A stretch of DNA of 64,000 bases from an uncultured Bifidobacteriaceae bacterium (GCA_964643765.1 CAZXTM010000002.1:209237-273236); one strand, 5' to 3'; counted from the first letter of the stretch, positions 19,954-33,406 are shown. Notes: a model not told the origin generated them from the letters alone. Numbers and translations: made by a program.

Positions 19954-22233
19954 TTGGATCTTCTGTCATCGCTCAATGACGAGCAGCAGGCCGCGGTTCG
20001 ACACATCGAGGGCCCGCTGCTCATTCTTGCCGGCGCCGGATCCGGCAAGACCCGCGTCATCGCGCATCGCATCGCTTACCTGATCTCCGAGGGGCATGCG
20101 CGGCCGGACGAGCTGCTGGCTGTTACATTCACCAACAAGGCCGCCGGGGAAATGCGCGAGCGCGTCGAGGCCCTGCTCGATACCGACTGCCGCGCCATGT
20201 GGATCGCCACGTTCCACGCCATGTGCGCCCGCCTGCTGCGACGCGAGGCCACCCACATCGGCCTGACCCGCGACTTCACGATCTACGACTCGGCCGACCA
20301 GCAGGCCGTCATCAAGCAGCTCGTCAAGGAACTCGGCCTTGATGACAACGTCTTCCAGCCGCGCATGGTGCTGGGCCGCATCAGCCAGGCCAAGAACCGC
20401 ATGGAAGGCCCCGAGACCTTCGACACCACCTGGAACCCGCGCGATCGGGAAATCGGCAAGCTCTACGCGGGCTACCAGAAGAGCCTGCGCGAGGCGGCAG
20501 CCGTCGACTTCGACGACCTCCTCCTCAAGACCGTCGAGCTCTTCGAGAAGGTTCCTGACGTGCGGCTGCGCTACGCGCATCGCTTCCGCTTCGTGATGGT
20601 CGACGAGTATCAGGACACCAACCGTCCGCAGTACATGCTCGTGCGGCAGCTGGCCAGCGCCCACCGCAATCTCTGCGTCGTCGGCGATCCCGACCAGTCG
20701 ATCTACAAGTGGCGCGGCGCCGACATCGCCAATATCATGGATTTCGAGAGTGACTTTCCGGAGACCACGGTTGTGCGCCTTGAGCGCAACTACCGCTCCA
20801 CACAGGTCATTCTCGATGCCGCCTCGGCGGTCATCGCCAATAACCGCAACCGCCGGGAGAAGATCCTCTGGACCGACCGGAAGGGCGGCACCAAAATCAC
20901 ATTTTTCCGCGCCGCCGACGAGCTGGAAGAGTCAGAGTTCATCGTGCGCGTCGCGCGCCAGGCGATGCAGGACGACGTCGACGCGACGATGGCCGTCCTT
21001 TACCGCACCAACTCGCAGTCGCGCGCCGTGGAAGATGCCATGCGCGCGGCCAACATCCCCTACCTCATCGTCGGGGGTGTCGGGTTCTACGAGCGCAAGG
21101 AAATCAAGGACGCGCTCGGTTACCTCAAGCTGCTGCTGAACCCCCACGACGACGTGGCGTTGCGCCGCGTGATCAACACGCCGCCCCGCGGCATCGGCAA
21201 GGGCGTGATGGATGCCCTCGACCAGGTCGATGCCACACAGGCGGCATCAGACCTCCCCCCGCTGTTTGCCGGGCTGCAGCCGGTGGTGGTGTCCAATTCG
21301 CTGTGGTCAAAGCTGCTGGTGGCTGTCGACCAGCGCCTGCTGACATCGCGTCAGGTGGCCTCGCTGGCGGCGTTTCGCGACCTGATTGTGGCGCTGGCCG
21401 GCGCGGCGCGGCAGGAAAGCGTGGCGACCACCCTGGGGAAGATCCTCGATCAGTCAGGATATCTGCGCGACCTTCGGGAGGAACGCTCGGAAGAGGCCGA
21501 GACGCGCATCGCCAACCTCATGGAACTAGTGTCGGCCGCGCGCGAGTACGAGGCGCGTGATGCCGAGCCCTCGCTCGGAGGCTTCGTCGATCGACTGGCG
21601 CTGCTCTCCGATGTCGACAAGGAGCAGGGCGGACGCGACGCGCGCGTCCTCATGATGACGCTGCACTCGGCCAAAGGCCTCGAGTTCCCCGTCGTCGTGA
21701 TGGCAGGGATGGAGGACGGCCTGTTTCCCCACTCGCGCTCGCGGGACGATGAGGCAGAGCTCGAGGAGGAACGCCGACTGTGCTACGTCGGCATCACACG
21801 CGCACGGCGCCGGCTGGTGCTGACCAGCGCGGCCCGGCGGCGCGTGTTCGGTGAATATCAGAGCACCGAGCCCTCGCGGTTCATCGACGAAATTCCATCG
21901 GAACTCATCGAGCAGGAACTGTCGTCGGGCAGCTTCGGGGGCCAGATGCGCACCGGGCGATCGGCCGGGTGGGAGTATCGGGTGAATCCGTATGCGCGCC
22001 CCCCGCAGCGCGAGGCCTCGCAGAGTGGCGGCGGGTCCGGGCCGTTCAAGTACGAGGACGAAGACCAGTCGACGGGCCTTCGTCCAGGCATGCGCGTGAA
22101 GCACGCGCAGTTTGGCGCCGGCACCGTCATCAGCGTTGAAGACCTCGGAGACGACCACAAGGTGGTCGTCCGGTTCACGCTGGCCGGGTCGAAGACGCTA
22201 CGCGCCAGGTTTGCGAAGCTCGAGCGGGCCTGA
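19954..22233 (+). CDS. uvrD: ATP-dependent DNA helicase, UvrD/PcrA family
   Basis: Contains AGAGSGKTRV (Walker A), VDEYQDTN and the later helicase motifs. TTG start as in the track. Confidence 0.9.
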   Translation: MDLLSSLNDEQQAAVRHIEGPLLILAGAGSGKTRVIAHRIAYLISEGHARPDELLAVTFTNKAAGEMRERVEALLDTDCRAMWIATFHAMCARLLRREATHIGLTRDFTIYDSADQQAVIKQLVKELGLDDNVFQPRMVLGRISQAKNRMEGPETFDTTWNPRDREIGKLYAGYQKSLREAAAVDFDDLLLKTVELFEKVPDVRLRYAHRFRFVMVDEYQDTNRPQYMLVRQLASAHRNLCVVGDPDQSIYKWRGADIANIMDFESDFPETTVVRLERNYRSTQVILDAASAVIANNRNRREKILWTDRKGGTKITFFRAADELEESEFIVRVARQAMQDDVDATMAVLYRTNSQSRAVEDAMRAANIPYLIVGGVGFYERKEIKDALGYLKLLLNPHDDVALRRVINTPPRGIGKGVMDALDQVDATQAASDLPPLFAGLQPVVVSNSLWSKLLVAVDQRLLTSRQVASLAAFRDLIVALAGAARQESVATTLGKILDQSGYLRDLREERSEEAETRIANLMELVSAAREYEARDAEPSLGGFVDRLALLSDVDKEQGGRDARVLMMTLHSAKGLEFPVVVMAGMEDGLFPHSRSRDDEAELEEERRLCYVGITRARRRLVLTSAARRRVFGEYQSTEPSRFIDEIPSELIEQELSSGSFGGQMRTGRSAGWEYRVNPYARPPQREASQSGGGSGPFKYEDEDQSTGLRPGMRVKHAQFGAGTVISVEDLGDDHKVVVRFTLAGSKTLRARFAKLERA

Positions 22234-22965
22234 CTAGAGACCCGCCACCTTCGTCACAATCCATTTGCCGTCGCGCGCGGTGCCCGCCTGCGTGCCCACG
22301 ACCTTCATCATGGTGACCGTCAGCGCCTTGTCGGCGGTGTCTCCGGCAGGGCTCTTCACCTGCGCGGCGACAGTGACGTCCTTGGTGACGGTTTCACCCT
22401 GGAACGCGGCCGCATCGAACTTGGCCTGACCTGGCTGGGTCAGCGACACTTCGACAGGCGCGGTCGCTGCGACGAGGGCCGCCTTGGTGGTCGTGAGGTT
22501 CCGGACGTATTCAGCGGTTTCGGCGCGCCACTTGTCCCACTCGGCCTTGACGGCCGTCTGTGCGGGTGTGAACTTCGGCGAGTCGGTCCGTTCGAGCTTC
22601 AGAATCTCTTCGATGGTCTTCAGGTTGGCGTCCGAGTACGCCTTCTTCCTGATCTGAAATTCCCGTTCGTCGGTCTGCGCCTTCTCGATGGCGTCCGTCA
22701 GGGTCTTGAACTCGAGCGGCGCCCGACGCTCTTCCGACACGCCCGTGATGGTGAAGCTCTCGACCGACCCCTGCGTGCGAGGGTCGATCGACACCGAAGC
22801 CATCATCGACAGGCTCGTGGCGTCGCGGTTGCGCGCCGCGCGGAAGAACTGGGTGAGCGGCTGCTGCTCGGGAGGTGTCGAGCAGGCGGCCTCAAGGATG
22901 ACCAGCGGTGTCAGCACCAGCAGCACCGTCACGAGTCTTCGGATCATCGGCATCGACATATCCAC
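22234..22965 (-). CDS. Hypothetical secreted protein or lipoprotein
   Basis: Hydrophobic leader MIRRLVTVLLVLTPLVILEAAC followed by a Cys. I recognise no family. High GC3 and a clean frame support coding. It abuts the uvrD stop with no gap. Confidence 0.55.
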   Translation of the reverse strand: MDMSMPMIRRLVTVLLVLTPLVILEAACSTPPEQQPLTQFFRAARNRDATSLSMMASVSIDPRTQGSVESFTITGVSEERRAPLEFKTLTDAIEKAQTDEREFQIRKKAYSDANLKTIEEILKLERTDSPKFTPAQTAVKAEWDKWRAETAEYVRNLTTTKAALVAATAPVEVSLTQPGQAKFDAAAFQGETVTKDVTVAAQVKSPAGDTADKALTVTMMKVVGTQAGTARDGKWIVTKVAGL

Positions 22966-23012
22966 TCCTCCCGGTTCCGTCCGTTTACGCCACCACCGGC
23001 GCCAGGCCTGTG

Positions 23013-25565
23013 TCAGGCCTCAGGCGGCGCCTCGTCTCCTGGCGAGCCGCCGTTGGCATCAGGCTCGGCCGTCGAGGCCAGGCCGTCGCCTACCGGAGTC
23101 TCAGCCGGCTCGGCCAGTACGAGCGCGACCGAGCTGACCTTGTCGTCGGCTTCCAGATCCATGAGGCGAACGCCCTGCGTCGCGCGTCCCACGACGCGAA
23201 TCGACTGCACGGGCGTCCTCAGGATCTTGCCCTTCACCGTGATGGCCAGCAGGTCGGTGTCGGCATGCACCTGCGCGATGTTGACCACCTCGCCGTTCTT
23301 GTCAGTCACCTCGACGTTCTTGATGCCGAGGCCCCCGCGACCCGTCTTGCGATACTCGTCAAGCTCGGTCTGCTTGGCATAGCCGCGTTCGGTCACGGTC
23401 AGCAGCGTGCCTGTGGGCTTGGCCACCTGCATGGCCACGACCTCGTCGCCGTCCCGAAGCTGGATGCCCCGCACGCCATACGCCGTGCGACCCATGGCGC
23501 GCACATCTTCTTCGTGGAAACGGATGGCCTTGCCCTGCCGCGTCCCGATGAACACATCGCTGGCCCCGTCGGAGAGCTGCGCCGCGATGAGGCGGTCCTC
23601 GGCCTCGATGCCCATCGCAATGATGCCGCCCGCCCTCGGGTTGCTGTAGGCCTCGAGCTCGGTCTTCTTGATAGTGCCGAGCCTCGTCCCCATCACGACA
23701 TACTTCGCATCATCGAACGTGCGGATCGTGATGACATCGGCGAGTTTTTCATCCGGGGCCATCTGCACGAGGTTGGCGATCGACTTGCCCCGGCCGTCCG
23801 GGCCCACATCGGGAATCTCGTAGACCTTCAGCCAGTACAGACGTCCCCGGTCCGTGAAGATCAGCAGGTACGAGTGTGTACTGGCCACGAAGAGGTGCCG
23901 CACGATGTCCTCGTCGCGCGTGCGCATGCCGATGCGCCCCTTGCCGCCCCGGCTCTGCGCCCGGTACGTGGTCGTGGGGGTGCGCTTGATGTATCCGGCA
24001 GCCGTCACCGTGACGGCCACGTCCTCGTCCTTGATGAGATCTTCGATGCGGAAGTCGCCTTCGTCCGCGACGATCTCGGTGCGGCGGGCATCCGTGTATT
24101 TCGCCTGCACGGCGCGCAGCTCGTCGACGACAATGCGCATGAGCAGCGGCTGATTCGCCAGGATGGTGCGCAGGCGCTCGATGGTGCGCATGAGCTCCGC
24201 CAGCTCGTCCATGATCTTCTGGCGCTCGAGGCCGGTGAGGCGCTGCAGCTGCATGTCGAGGATGGCCTGCGACTGGATGTCGCTGAGGCCAAACTGCGTC
24301 ATGAGGCCCACTTTCGCCTCGGCCGGGTTCCGCGAACCACGAATCAGGGCGATGACCGCGTCGAGGTGATCGAGCGCGATGCGCAGCCCCTCGAGAATAT
24401 GGGCGCGGGCCTCGGCCTTGCGCAGCTCGAACTCCGTGCGTCGGCGCACGACGTCGCGTCGGAACTCGACGAACTGCTCGAGCATCTCGAGCAGCGTCAG
24501 TACACGCGGACGGCCGCCCACGATCGCCAGCAGGATGATGCCGAAGGTCTGCTGCAGCTGCGTCTGCTTGTACAGGTTGTTCAGCACCACGTCGGGCACT
24601 GCGGCCTGCTTCAGCTCGATGACGATGCGCATGCCGTCGCGGTCTGATTCGTCGCGCAGGTCAGAGATGCCTTCGAGCGCCTTGTCGCGCACCAGATCGG
24701 CGATGCGTTCGAGCAGGTTCTTCTTGTTGACCTGATAAGGAATCTCGGTGACGACGATCTGCGTGCGGTCGCCCTTGCGGGTGGTCTCGACCTCGGCCTT
24801 GGCGCGCACCTGGATGCTGCCTCGCCCGGTCAGGTAGGCCTCGCGGATGCCGCGACGTCCGACGATGAGCCCGCCAGTCGGAAAGTCAGGGCCCGGAATT
24901 CGGGTGAGCAACTCCTGCGTCAGTTCGTCACGAGCGGGCGTGGGCTCTTCGTGGCCGCCCATGTAGGCCTGTTCGATGAGCCACACGGCACCGTCGATGA
25001 CTTCCCCCATGTGGTGCGGAGGAATGTTGGTCGCCATGCCGACGGCGATGCCCGTCGATCCGTTGACCAGCAGGTTCGGATAGGCGGCGGGAAAGACCGT
25101 GGGTTCGTCGGTGGTCTCGTCGAAGTTGGGGACGAAGTCGACCGTGTCCTTGTCGAGGTCCTCCATGAGAACCTCGGCCAGCGATTCGAGGCGGGCCTCG
25201 GTGTAACGATAGGCGGCGGGTGGGTCGCCGTCGACCGACCCGAAGTTGCCCTGGCCGTCGACCAGGGTCTGCCGCATGTTGAAGTCCTGCGCGAGGCGCA
25301 CCAGCGTGTCGTAGGCCGGCGCATCACCGTGCGGGTGATAGTTGCCGATGACTTCGCCGACGATCTTGGCGCACTTGCGATAGGCGCGGTTGCTCGTCAG
25401 GCCCATCTGGCGCATCGCGTACAGCACGCGCCGATGAGCGGGCTTGAGGCCATCCCGCACATCAGGCAGGGCTCGACCAATGATTACGCTCATCGCGTAA
25501 TCGAGGTACGAGCGCTTCATCTCGTCTTCGATGGTTACCGGCAGTCGTGAGTCGGTCGTGGACAT
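23013..25565 (-). CDS. gyrA: DNA gyrase subunit A
   Basis: [21 protein letters not shown], the [10 protein letters not shown] active-site Tyr region and C-terminal beta-pinwheel repeats. Confidence 0.97.
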   Translation of the reverse strand: MSTTDSRLPVTIEDEMKRSYLDYAMSVIIGRALPDVRDGLKPAHRRVLYAMRQMGLTSNRAYRKCAKIVGEVIGNYHPHGDAPAYDTLVRLAQDFNMRQTLVDGQGNFGSVDGDPPAAYRYTEARLESLAEVLMEDLDKDTVDFVPNFDETTDEPTVFPAAYPNLLVNGSTGIAVGMATNIPPHHMGEVIDGAVWLIEQAYMGGHEEPTPARDELTQELLTRIPGPDFPTGGLIVGRRGIREAYLTGRGSIQVRAKAEVETTRKGDRTQIVVTEIPYQVNKKNLLERIADLVRDKALEGISDLRDESDRDGMRIVIELKQAAVPDVVLNNLYKQTQLQQTFGIILLAIVGGRPRVLTLLEMLEQFVEFRRDVVRRRTEFELRKAEARAHILEGLRIALDHLDAVIALIRGSRNPAEAKVGLMTQFGLSDIQSQAILDMQLQRLTGLERQKIMDELAELMRTIERLRTILANQPLLMRIVVDELRAVQAKYTDARRTEIVADEGDFRIEDLIKDEDVAVTVTAAGYIKRTPTTTYRAQSRGGKGRIGMRTRDEDIVRHLFVASTHSYLLIFTDRGRLYWLKVYEIPDVGPDGRGKSIANLVQMAPDEKLADVITIRTFDDAKYVVMGTRLGTIKKTELEAYSNPRAGGIIAMGIEAEDRLIAAQLSDGASDVFIGTRQGKAIRFHEEDVRAMGRTAYGVRGIQLRDGDEVVAMQVAKPTGTLLTVTERGYAKQTELDEYRKTGRGGLGIKNVEVTDKNGEVVNIAQVHADTDLLAITVKGKILRTPVQSIRVVGRATQGVRLMDLEADDKVSSVALVLAEPAETPVGDGLASTAEPDANGGSPGDEAPPEA

Positions 25566-25569
25566 GAGC

Positions 25570-28131
<2,562 letters not shown>

Positions 28132-28140
28132 TCAGGAGGG

Positions 28141-29250
28141 TCACACCCGCATGGGCATGATCACGTAGGTATAGTCGTAGCCCTCGACCCCGACGGGCTT
28201 GAGCACCGCCTGGCTGACTTCGTCCTTGAGGTCGAGGGAAATCACATCGGCCTCGACCGCATTGAGGAAGTCGAGCACGTACTGGGCATTGAAGCAGGTG
28301 GTCAGCGACGGCCCGCTGTAGTCGACGGCCAGAGGTTCGTGGGCCTCGCCGAACTCGGGGCTGCTCGAGGTGACCTCGACCGTGCCGGCCTGCACCACGA
28401 ACTTGAGGGCGCGGGAACGTTCGTTCGAGAGCAGCGAGACGCGCCTCACGGCCGAGATGAGCCGATCCCGCTCGAACTCGAGGTGCTTGTCGTTGCCGCG
28501 GGGAATGACCTTCTCGTAGGCCGGGAACTGACCGTCGATCATCCGTGACATCAGCAGTCGGGGGCCCACCTGGAAGAAGAGGTGGTTCTCGCCGCGCTGG
28601 AAGGTGACGTCGCCGTCACCGTCCGCCAGCAGGCGTCCGAGTTCGGCCAGTGCCTTCCTGGGCAGAATCGGCTTCTCATCGTCTGTGGCCTGCCCTTCCC
28701 GGGTGGCGGTGACCAGCGCGAGGCGATGGCCATCGGTGGCCACCAGCGTCATCTGGTTAGGCTTGACCACAAAGAGGGCGCCGTTGAGGTAGTAGCGCGT
28801 GTCCTCGCCGGTGATGGCGAACTGGGTCTTCGCAATCATCTGCGACAGTGCCGAGCGGCTGAGCACGATGCCAGGGCTGTCGGGAGGTTCCGTGACGGTC
28901 GGAAAGTCTTCCCGCGGCAGGGTCGGCATCTTCGAGCTGAACTGCCCGCCGGTGACCTTGACGTTCTGCTGGTTGCGATCGGCCTCGAGCCGGACATCGC
29001 CGTCGGGCAGGGCACGCACAATCTCGTAGAGCTTCTTGGCGGGCAGCGTCACGGCTCCGTGGCGCGTGACGGCGGCCTGCGTGCGGCTGCGTAGGGTGAC
29101 TTCGAGGTCGGTCGCCAACAGCACCATCTCGTCGCCCGTGGCCTCGATGAGCACGTTCGCGAGGATGGGAATTGTGTTCTTGCGTTCGACAATCTGCTGA
29201 AAGAACTGCAGCTCCCGAACGAGATCGGCTTTGCGAACGACCAGTTCCAT
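28141..29250 (-). CDS. dnaN: DNA polymerase III beta sliding clamp
   Basis: Three-domain clamp ending ...YVIMPMRV. It lies immediately downstream of dnaA. Confidence 0.95.
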   Translation of the reverse strand: MELVVRKADLVRELQFFQQIVERKNTIPILANVLIEATGDEMVLLATDLEVTLRSRTQAAVTRHGAVTLPAKKLYEIVRALPDGDVRLEADRNQQNVKVTGGQFSSKMPTLPREDFPTVTEPPDSPGIVLSRSALSQMIAKTQFAITGEDTRYYLNGALFVVKPNQMTLVATDGHRLALVTATREGQATDDEKPILPRKALAELGRLLADGDGDVTFQRGENHLFFQVGPRLLMSRMIDGQFPAYEKVIPRGNDKHLEFERDRLISAVRRVSLLSNERSRALKFVVQAGTVEVTSSSPEFGEAHEPLAVDYSGPSLTTCFNAQYVLDFLNAVEADVISLDLKDEVSQAVLKPVGVEGYDYTYVIMPMRV

Positions 29251-29264
29251 GCGGCGTGTACCCT

Positions 29265-29474
29265 CAGGAAAAAAGAGACAGAAGGAGAGACACAGAATTA
29301 TACAGGAAGTAGGTCTTGCGGAAGAAATTTTCTGTGTCAGTAAGTGCTTTTAAATCAGGCACTTAAATTGTGGATATTTCTGTGGAGCCGCTGCGGGTTT
29401 CCGGTGCGTCGGTGAGGGGGGATTCGCCCCATCCACAGGCGTCCACAGTTGGTTGTGGAAAACGCTGTGGATTA
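29265..29474. other. Candidate oriC: an AT-rich unwinding region plus a cluster of six DnaA-box-like 9-mers in the dnaA-dnaN spacer
   Basis: The boxes, scored against TTATCCACA or its complement, are: TGTGGATAT 29369-77 (8/9); TGTGGAGCC 29381-89 (6/9); CCATCCACA 29429-37 (7/9); GCGTCCACA 29439-47 (6/9); TGTGGAAAA 29454-62 (8/9); TGTGGATTA 29466-74 (8/9). The purine- and AT-rich stretch 29265-29368 contains the 9-bp inverted repeat GACACAGAA (29289-97) / TTCTGTGTC (29330-38). Confidence 0.6.
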
Positions 29475-30848
29475 CTTGATGGTGCTCAGGAAATTACTGA
29501 CGAGTCCGTCAAAGTCAGGATTGGTTCTGCGTAGTTCTTCCACCTTCTTGATGGAGTGAATGACGGTCGAGTGGTGCTTGCCGCCGAACGACCGGCCAAT
29601 CTCGGGCAGCGAGGCGGTCGTCAGCAGCTTTGCCAGGTACATCGCGATTTGCCGGGGCATGGCGACAGACTTGGCATTGTTTCGCGACTTGAGGTCGACG
29701 AGGCGGAGTTGGTAGTAGTCGGCCACAAAGCGCTGGATCTGCTCGATGGTGACCGCTCGGTCGTCAAGGTCGAGGGTGTTCCTGAGCACATCCTGCGCTA
29801 GGTCGATGGTGAGAGGCAGGCCTTTCAGCGAGGCGTAAGCCACAAGCCGGGTCAGCGAGCCTTCCAGTTCGCGGATGTTCGACTTGATGCGGTTGGCTAT
29901 GAACATGGCCACGCTGTCGGGCAGCGGCACGGCCTCGGTCTCGGCCTTGCGCTTTAGAATCGCAATCTTCGTTTCGATGTCGGGGGGCTGGATGTCAGCG
30001 ATGAGGCCCCATTCGAAGCGCGACCGGAGGCGTTCCTCGAGGGCGGGAATCTCGTGCGGGGGCCGGTCGCTGCTGATGACAATCTGCTTCTGGGCGTCGT
30101 GGAGGGCATTGAAGGTGTGGAAGAACTCCGTCTGGGTGCCTTCCTTGCCCGAGACAAACTGGATGTCGTCGACAAGCAGGATGTCGACACTGCGATACTG
30201 CGCCCGGAAGTCGAGGATGCGGTCGAACCGCAGGGCGTTGATCATCTCATTCATGAACCGCTCTGAGGAGATATACGAGAGGGTCAGGCCGGGGTTGTGG
30301 CGGACGACGTACTGCCCGATGGCGTGCATCAGGTGGGTTTTGCCCAGGCCGACGCCCCCGTAGATGAAGAGCGGGTTGTAGGAGCGCGAGGGTGCCTCGG
30401 CCACGGCGCGGGCCGCCGCGTGCGCGAACTGGTTCGACGGGCCGACAATGAAGGTGTCGAACGTGTAGCGGGGATTGAGGCCGCCTGGCAGCGGGCCGGG
30501 GGCTGGCCGGTCAGCCTGGGGGTCGACTGCCGGCATCGTCGTGTCCTCGACTGTGGCGGGGGGGGCGTCAAGCGAGAAGACCTGGGGTTCGCGCGCAGGC
30601 TCAGGGACGCCGACCTCGAAGATCAGCGAGGTGCCAGCCCGGCCGGCTTCTTCGAGCGCCTCGTGGAGGACACTCGAGTAGTGGCGGGGCAGCCACTCCG
30701 TGAACAGCGGTGCAGGGACGAGCACGGTCAACTGGTGCCCGCCGTCGTGCTTGAGCGAGGTGGGCTTGAACCAGGTGGAATAGCTGTGTGGACCCACCTT
30801 TCCCTCGACGAGGTGCAGAATCCGGTCCCAAATCGTGTCGGTGGCCAT
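29472..30848 (-). CDS. dnaA: Chromosomal replication initiator protein DnaA
   Basis: [11 protein letters not shown]..., AAA+ [15 protein letters not shown], and C-terminal DnaA-box-binding [13 protein letters not shown]. The start is trimmed to ATG 30848. The track extension to 30923 translates the DnaA boxes. Confidence 0.95.
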   Translation of the reverse strand: MATDTIWDRILHLVEGKVGPHSYSTWFKPTSLKHDGGHQLTVLVPAPLFTEWLPRHYSSVLHEALEEAGRAGTSLIFEVGVPEPAREPQVFSLDAPPATVEDTTMPAVDPQADRPAPGPLPGGLNPRYTFDTFIVGPSNQFAHAAARAVAEAPSRSYNPLFIYGGVGLGKTHLMHAIGQYVVRHNPGLTLSYISSERFMNEMINALRFDRILDFRAQYRSVDILLVDDIQFVSGKEGTQTEFFHTFNALHDAQKQIVISSDRPPHEIPALEERLRSRFEWGLIADIQPPDIETKIAILKRKAETEAVPLPDSVAMFIANRIKSNIRELEGSLTRLVAYASLKGLPLTIDLAQDVLRNTLDLDDRAVTIEQIQRFVADYYQLRLVDLKSRNNAKSVAMPRQIAMYLAKLLTTASLPEIGRSFGGKHHSTVIHSIKKVEELRRTNPDFDGLVSNFLSTIK

Positions 30849-30871
30849 GGTGAGAGGGGGCAAATGGGCGT

Positions 30872-30903
30872 TTTTCCACGAGCTTTTCCACAGATGTGGA
30901 AAA
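30872..30903. promoter_or_regulatory. DnaA-box trio in the divergent dnaA/rpmH promoter region, including the inverted pair TTTTCCACA-GA-TGTGGAAAA
   Basis: TTTTCCACG at 30872-80 (7/9), TTTTCCACA at 30884-92 (8/9) and TGTGGAAAA at 30895-903 (8/9). They lie 24-55 nt upstream of the dnaA start. Confidence 0.6.
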
Positions 30904-30996
30904 CTTCGTGAGCGCTTCGCCACTCTAGCATGCGCTTCGGGGCTTTACAGTGGGCGGGATCACCGCATAAAATCAGTGGTTCGTTCTGAGGAGTTT

Positions 30997-31161
30997 ATGG
31001 CACGAGCTAAGAAGGGCAAGCGTACATACCAGCCGAATAACCGCCACCGCGCGAAGACCCACGGGTTTCTCGTCCGGATGGCCACGAAGGATGGCCGTGA
31101 GGTCATCAAGCGTCGGCGGGCGAAGGGCCGCAAGCGTCTGACCGTTTCAGACGAAGCCTAG
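30997..31161 (+). CDS. rpmH: 50S ribosomal protein L34
   Basis: [50 protein letters not shown], with GAGGAG 4 nt upstream. Confidence 0.95.
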   Translation: MARAKKGKRTYQPNNRHRAKTHGFLVRMATKDGREVIKRRRAKGRKRLTVSDEA

Positions 31162-31165
31162 GCCC

Positions 31166-31549
31166 ATGGCCAGGTTCCGCGCGCATGAACACATCAGGGC
31201 GCGCGATGAGTTTGAAGCGATGTATAACGGCGGCCGACGCATTTCGGGCCGCCTTATGACGCTATTTATTGGGGCAAACAACAAAAAGAATGCAAGACTG
31301 GGCATCGCTGCCACCAGGAAGATCGGTTCAGCGGTCGTCAGAAACCGGGCCAAGCGGCTGGCCCGGGAAGTCTTCCGTCACCATAAGCCTGAGGCGGGTC
31401 TCGACGTCGTCGTCGTCGCCCGCCGGGAACTGGCCCATGCCCCCTACACTGCGGTCGAAGCCGAATTCCGTGCCCTGCTCGAACGACGCTCCCCATCAGG
31501 ACCGTCACGGGGTGTCACTGCCGGCCGAGGCCGCGCTGTGGCTGATTAG
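31166..31549 (+). CDS. rnpA: Ribonuclease P protein component
   Basis: Sits directly after rpmH. It is a basic protein with ...RLGIAATRKIGSAVVRNRAKRLAREVFR. Confidence 0.9.
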   Translation: MARFRAHEHIRARDEFEAMYNGGRRISGRLMTLFIGANNKKNARLGIAATRKIGSAVVRNRAKRLAREVFRHHKPEAGLDVVVVARRELAHAPYTAVEAEFRALLERRSPSGPSRGVTAGRGRAVAD

Positions 31550-31745
31550 GGGCTATAAGGTGGTCTTTTCACCCTGGTTCAGCGGAGCGTGCCGGTACAC
31601 CCCCGGGTGCGCCGATTACACCGCCGAAGCGATTCGTCGGTTCGGCCTGGCCCAGGGCGGCTGGATCGGCCTTCGGCGCATAGCCCGATGCCACCCCTGG
31701 GGGGGATTCGGCATCGATCCTGTTCCCGATCATCACGGTCAGTAA
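31512..31745 (+). CDS. yidD: Membrane protein insertion efficiency factor YidD
   Basis: LIRGYKVVFSPWFSGACRYTPGCADYTAEAIRRFG...CHPWGGFGIDPVP is the YidD signature. A GTG 31512 start is assumed and overlaps the rnpA end by 38 nt. Confidence 0.75.
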   Translation: MSLPAEAALWLIRGYKVVFSPWFSGACRYTPGCADYTAEAIRRFGLAQGGWIGLRRIARCHPWGGFGIDPVPDHHGQ

Positions 31746-31753
31746 GTGCTCTC

Positions 31754-33406
31754 ATGGAACGTCGCGTCCTGCTCGCCATCTCACTGTCGTTTCTGGTGCT
31801 GTTCCTGTACCAGACCTATGTGATTCCACCCCCTCCCGCAGAGACGACCGCCCAGTCGGCGGCCCTGCCGGCGTCGTCGCCGGTGGCTCCGGCATCGTCC
31901 CCGGCGCCCGCCGTCGCGGCGGCCCAGACCGTATCGGTTCTGACGGGCGAGAGCGACGAACGCGAGATTGTGGTCGAGACATCGACCGTGCGGGCCGTCT
32001 TTACCAATCGCGGGGCGCGGCTGTCGCACTGGATCCTCAAGAATTACAAGAACGATGCTGGACGCCAGCTTGACCTGGTGCCCGACGCCCAGAAGCTGGG
32101 TCCGGCGCTGCTGCCGTTTTCACTGAGGCTGGCCGACGCGGCGGCGACCAGCCGTGCCAATGGCAGCCTCTATCGGGCCTCGGCCCCCAGCGTCGATGCG
32201 ACGACGGCGCCAGGGTCGGTGACGTTCGAGTACGGCGATGCGTCGGGTCTGATGGTGTCGAAAACCTTCACGTTCGACCCCTCCGGCTATGTCGTGACGC
32301 TAGCCGTCTCGGTGCGGCAGGGCGACGCGGTCCTCGTGCCGGCCATCGAATGGGGCCCCGGTCTCGGGGATGACATCGCCCGCGCCCGACCAGCCAGCTT
32401 CCTGTCACCCAGCTACTCGACTCCGGCGCAGGCCATCTACCACCAGGACGGCAGCGTCGAGCGGCTGTCTCAGGCCACACCCGGCAGTGTGTCGGGCGCC
32501 TATCGGTATGTGGGTATCGACGACCACTACTTCACAGCGCTGGCGCTCAACGATTTCTCGGCCCCCGCGTCCCTGACGTTTGCCCACACGCCGTTCGTGG
32601 TGGGGGCGGCTGCCGACGGTACCCCCGAGGGTCGCTATGTGGCCTTCTCGGTGCAGCCGGCGACCGCCGGCGCGCCGCAGCGGTTCTACGTGGGCCCGAA
32701 AGAGTTCGACATCCTGAGGGCCGTTGACACGGAACTGGTGCGCGTCATCAACTTCGGGTTCTTCGCTCCCCTGTCCGTCCCCCTGCTGCGTGCGCTCAAG
32801 TGGGTGCAGACCTACATCGGCAACTGGGGCTGGTCGATCATTGTCCTGACCATTCTCATCAACCTGGCCATGGCTCCTTTCCGCCAGAAGTCGGTCAATT
32901 CGATGAAGAAGATGCAGGAGATTCAGCCGCAGCTGAAGGCGATTCAGGATCGGTATTCGAAGTACTCGATTACGGATCCGGCGCGGCAGAAGATGAACGA
33001 AGAGGTGATGTCCCTGTATAAGGCGAAGGGCGTGAACCCGACGAGCGGCTGCCTGCCGATGCTGCTGACGTTCCCCTTCCTGTTTGCCTTCTACGGCATG
33101 CTGTCGCAGGCCATCGAGATTCGCGGTGCCGAGTTCTTCGGATGGATTGTGGACCTGTCGCGTCCGGACCCCCTGCTGATCACCCCCCTGCTGATGGGCG
33201 CCACGATGTTCTGGCAGCAGCGCATCACGCCGACGTCCGCCGACCCTGTGCAGCAGAAGGTGATGATGATCATGCCGGTGATGTTCACCTTCATGTTCCT
33301 GTCATACCCGAGCGGCCTGGTGATCTACTGGACGCTCAGCAACCTGTGGGCCATTGGCCAGCAGTATCTTTCCACCACGCTGGCCCCGACGCCGGCCCGC
33401 AAGTAA
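31754..33406 (+). CDS. yidC: Membrane protein insertase YidC
   Basis: MERRVLLAISLSFLVLFLYQ, then a periplasmic domain, then the conserved core ...GWSIIVLTILINLAMAPFRQKS...GCLPMLLTFPFLFAFY. ATG 31754. Confidence 0.9.
   Translation: MERRVLLAISLSFLVLFLYQTYVIPPPPAETTAQSAALPASSPVAPASSPAPAVAAAQTVSVLTGESDEREIVVETSTVRAVFTNRGARLSHWILKNYKNDAGRQLDLVPDAQKLGPALLPFSLRLADAAATSRANGSLYRASAPSVDATTAPGSVTFEYGDASGLMVSKTFTFDPSGYVVTLAVSVRQGDAVLVPAIEWGPGLGDDIARARPASFLSPSYSTPAQAIYHQDGSVERLSQATPGSVSGAYRYVGIDDHYFTALALNDFSAPASLTFAHTPFVVGAAADGTPEGRYVAFSVQPATAGAPQRFYVGPKEFDILRAVDTELVRVINFGFFAPLSVPLLRALKWVQTYIGNWGWSIIVLTILINLAMAPFRQKSVNSMKKMQEIQPQLKAIQDRYSKYSITDPARQKMNEEVMSLYKAKGVNPTSGCLPMLLTFPFLFAFYGMLSQAIEIRGAEFFGWIVDLSRPDPLLITPLLMGATMFWQQRITPTSADPVQQKVMMIMPVMFTFMFLSYPSGLVIYWTLSNLWAIGQQYLSTTLAPTPARK

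Noticed and set aside
30849-30923. N-terminal over-extensions in the ORF track: dnaA to 30923, gltB from 3333, yidC from 31589, the solute-binding protein to 11545, the Dabb gene to 58222, and EamA from 62690.
   Set aside because: The extensions translate promoter DNA, DnaA boxes, the tRNA gene or neighbouring genes. Homology-supported N-termini with SD sequences lie at the internal starts used in the feature table.
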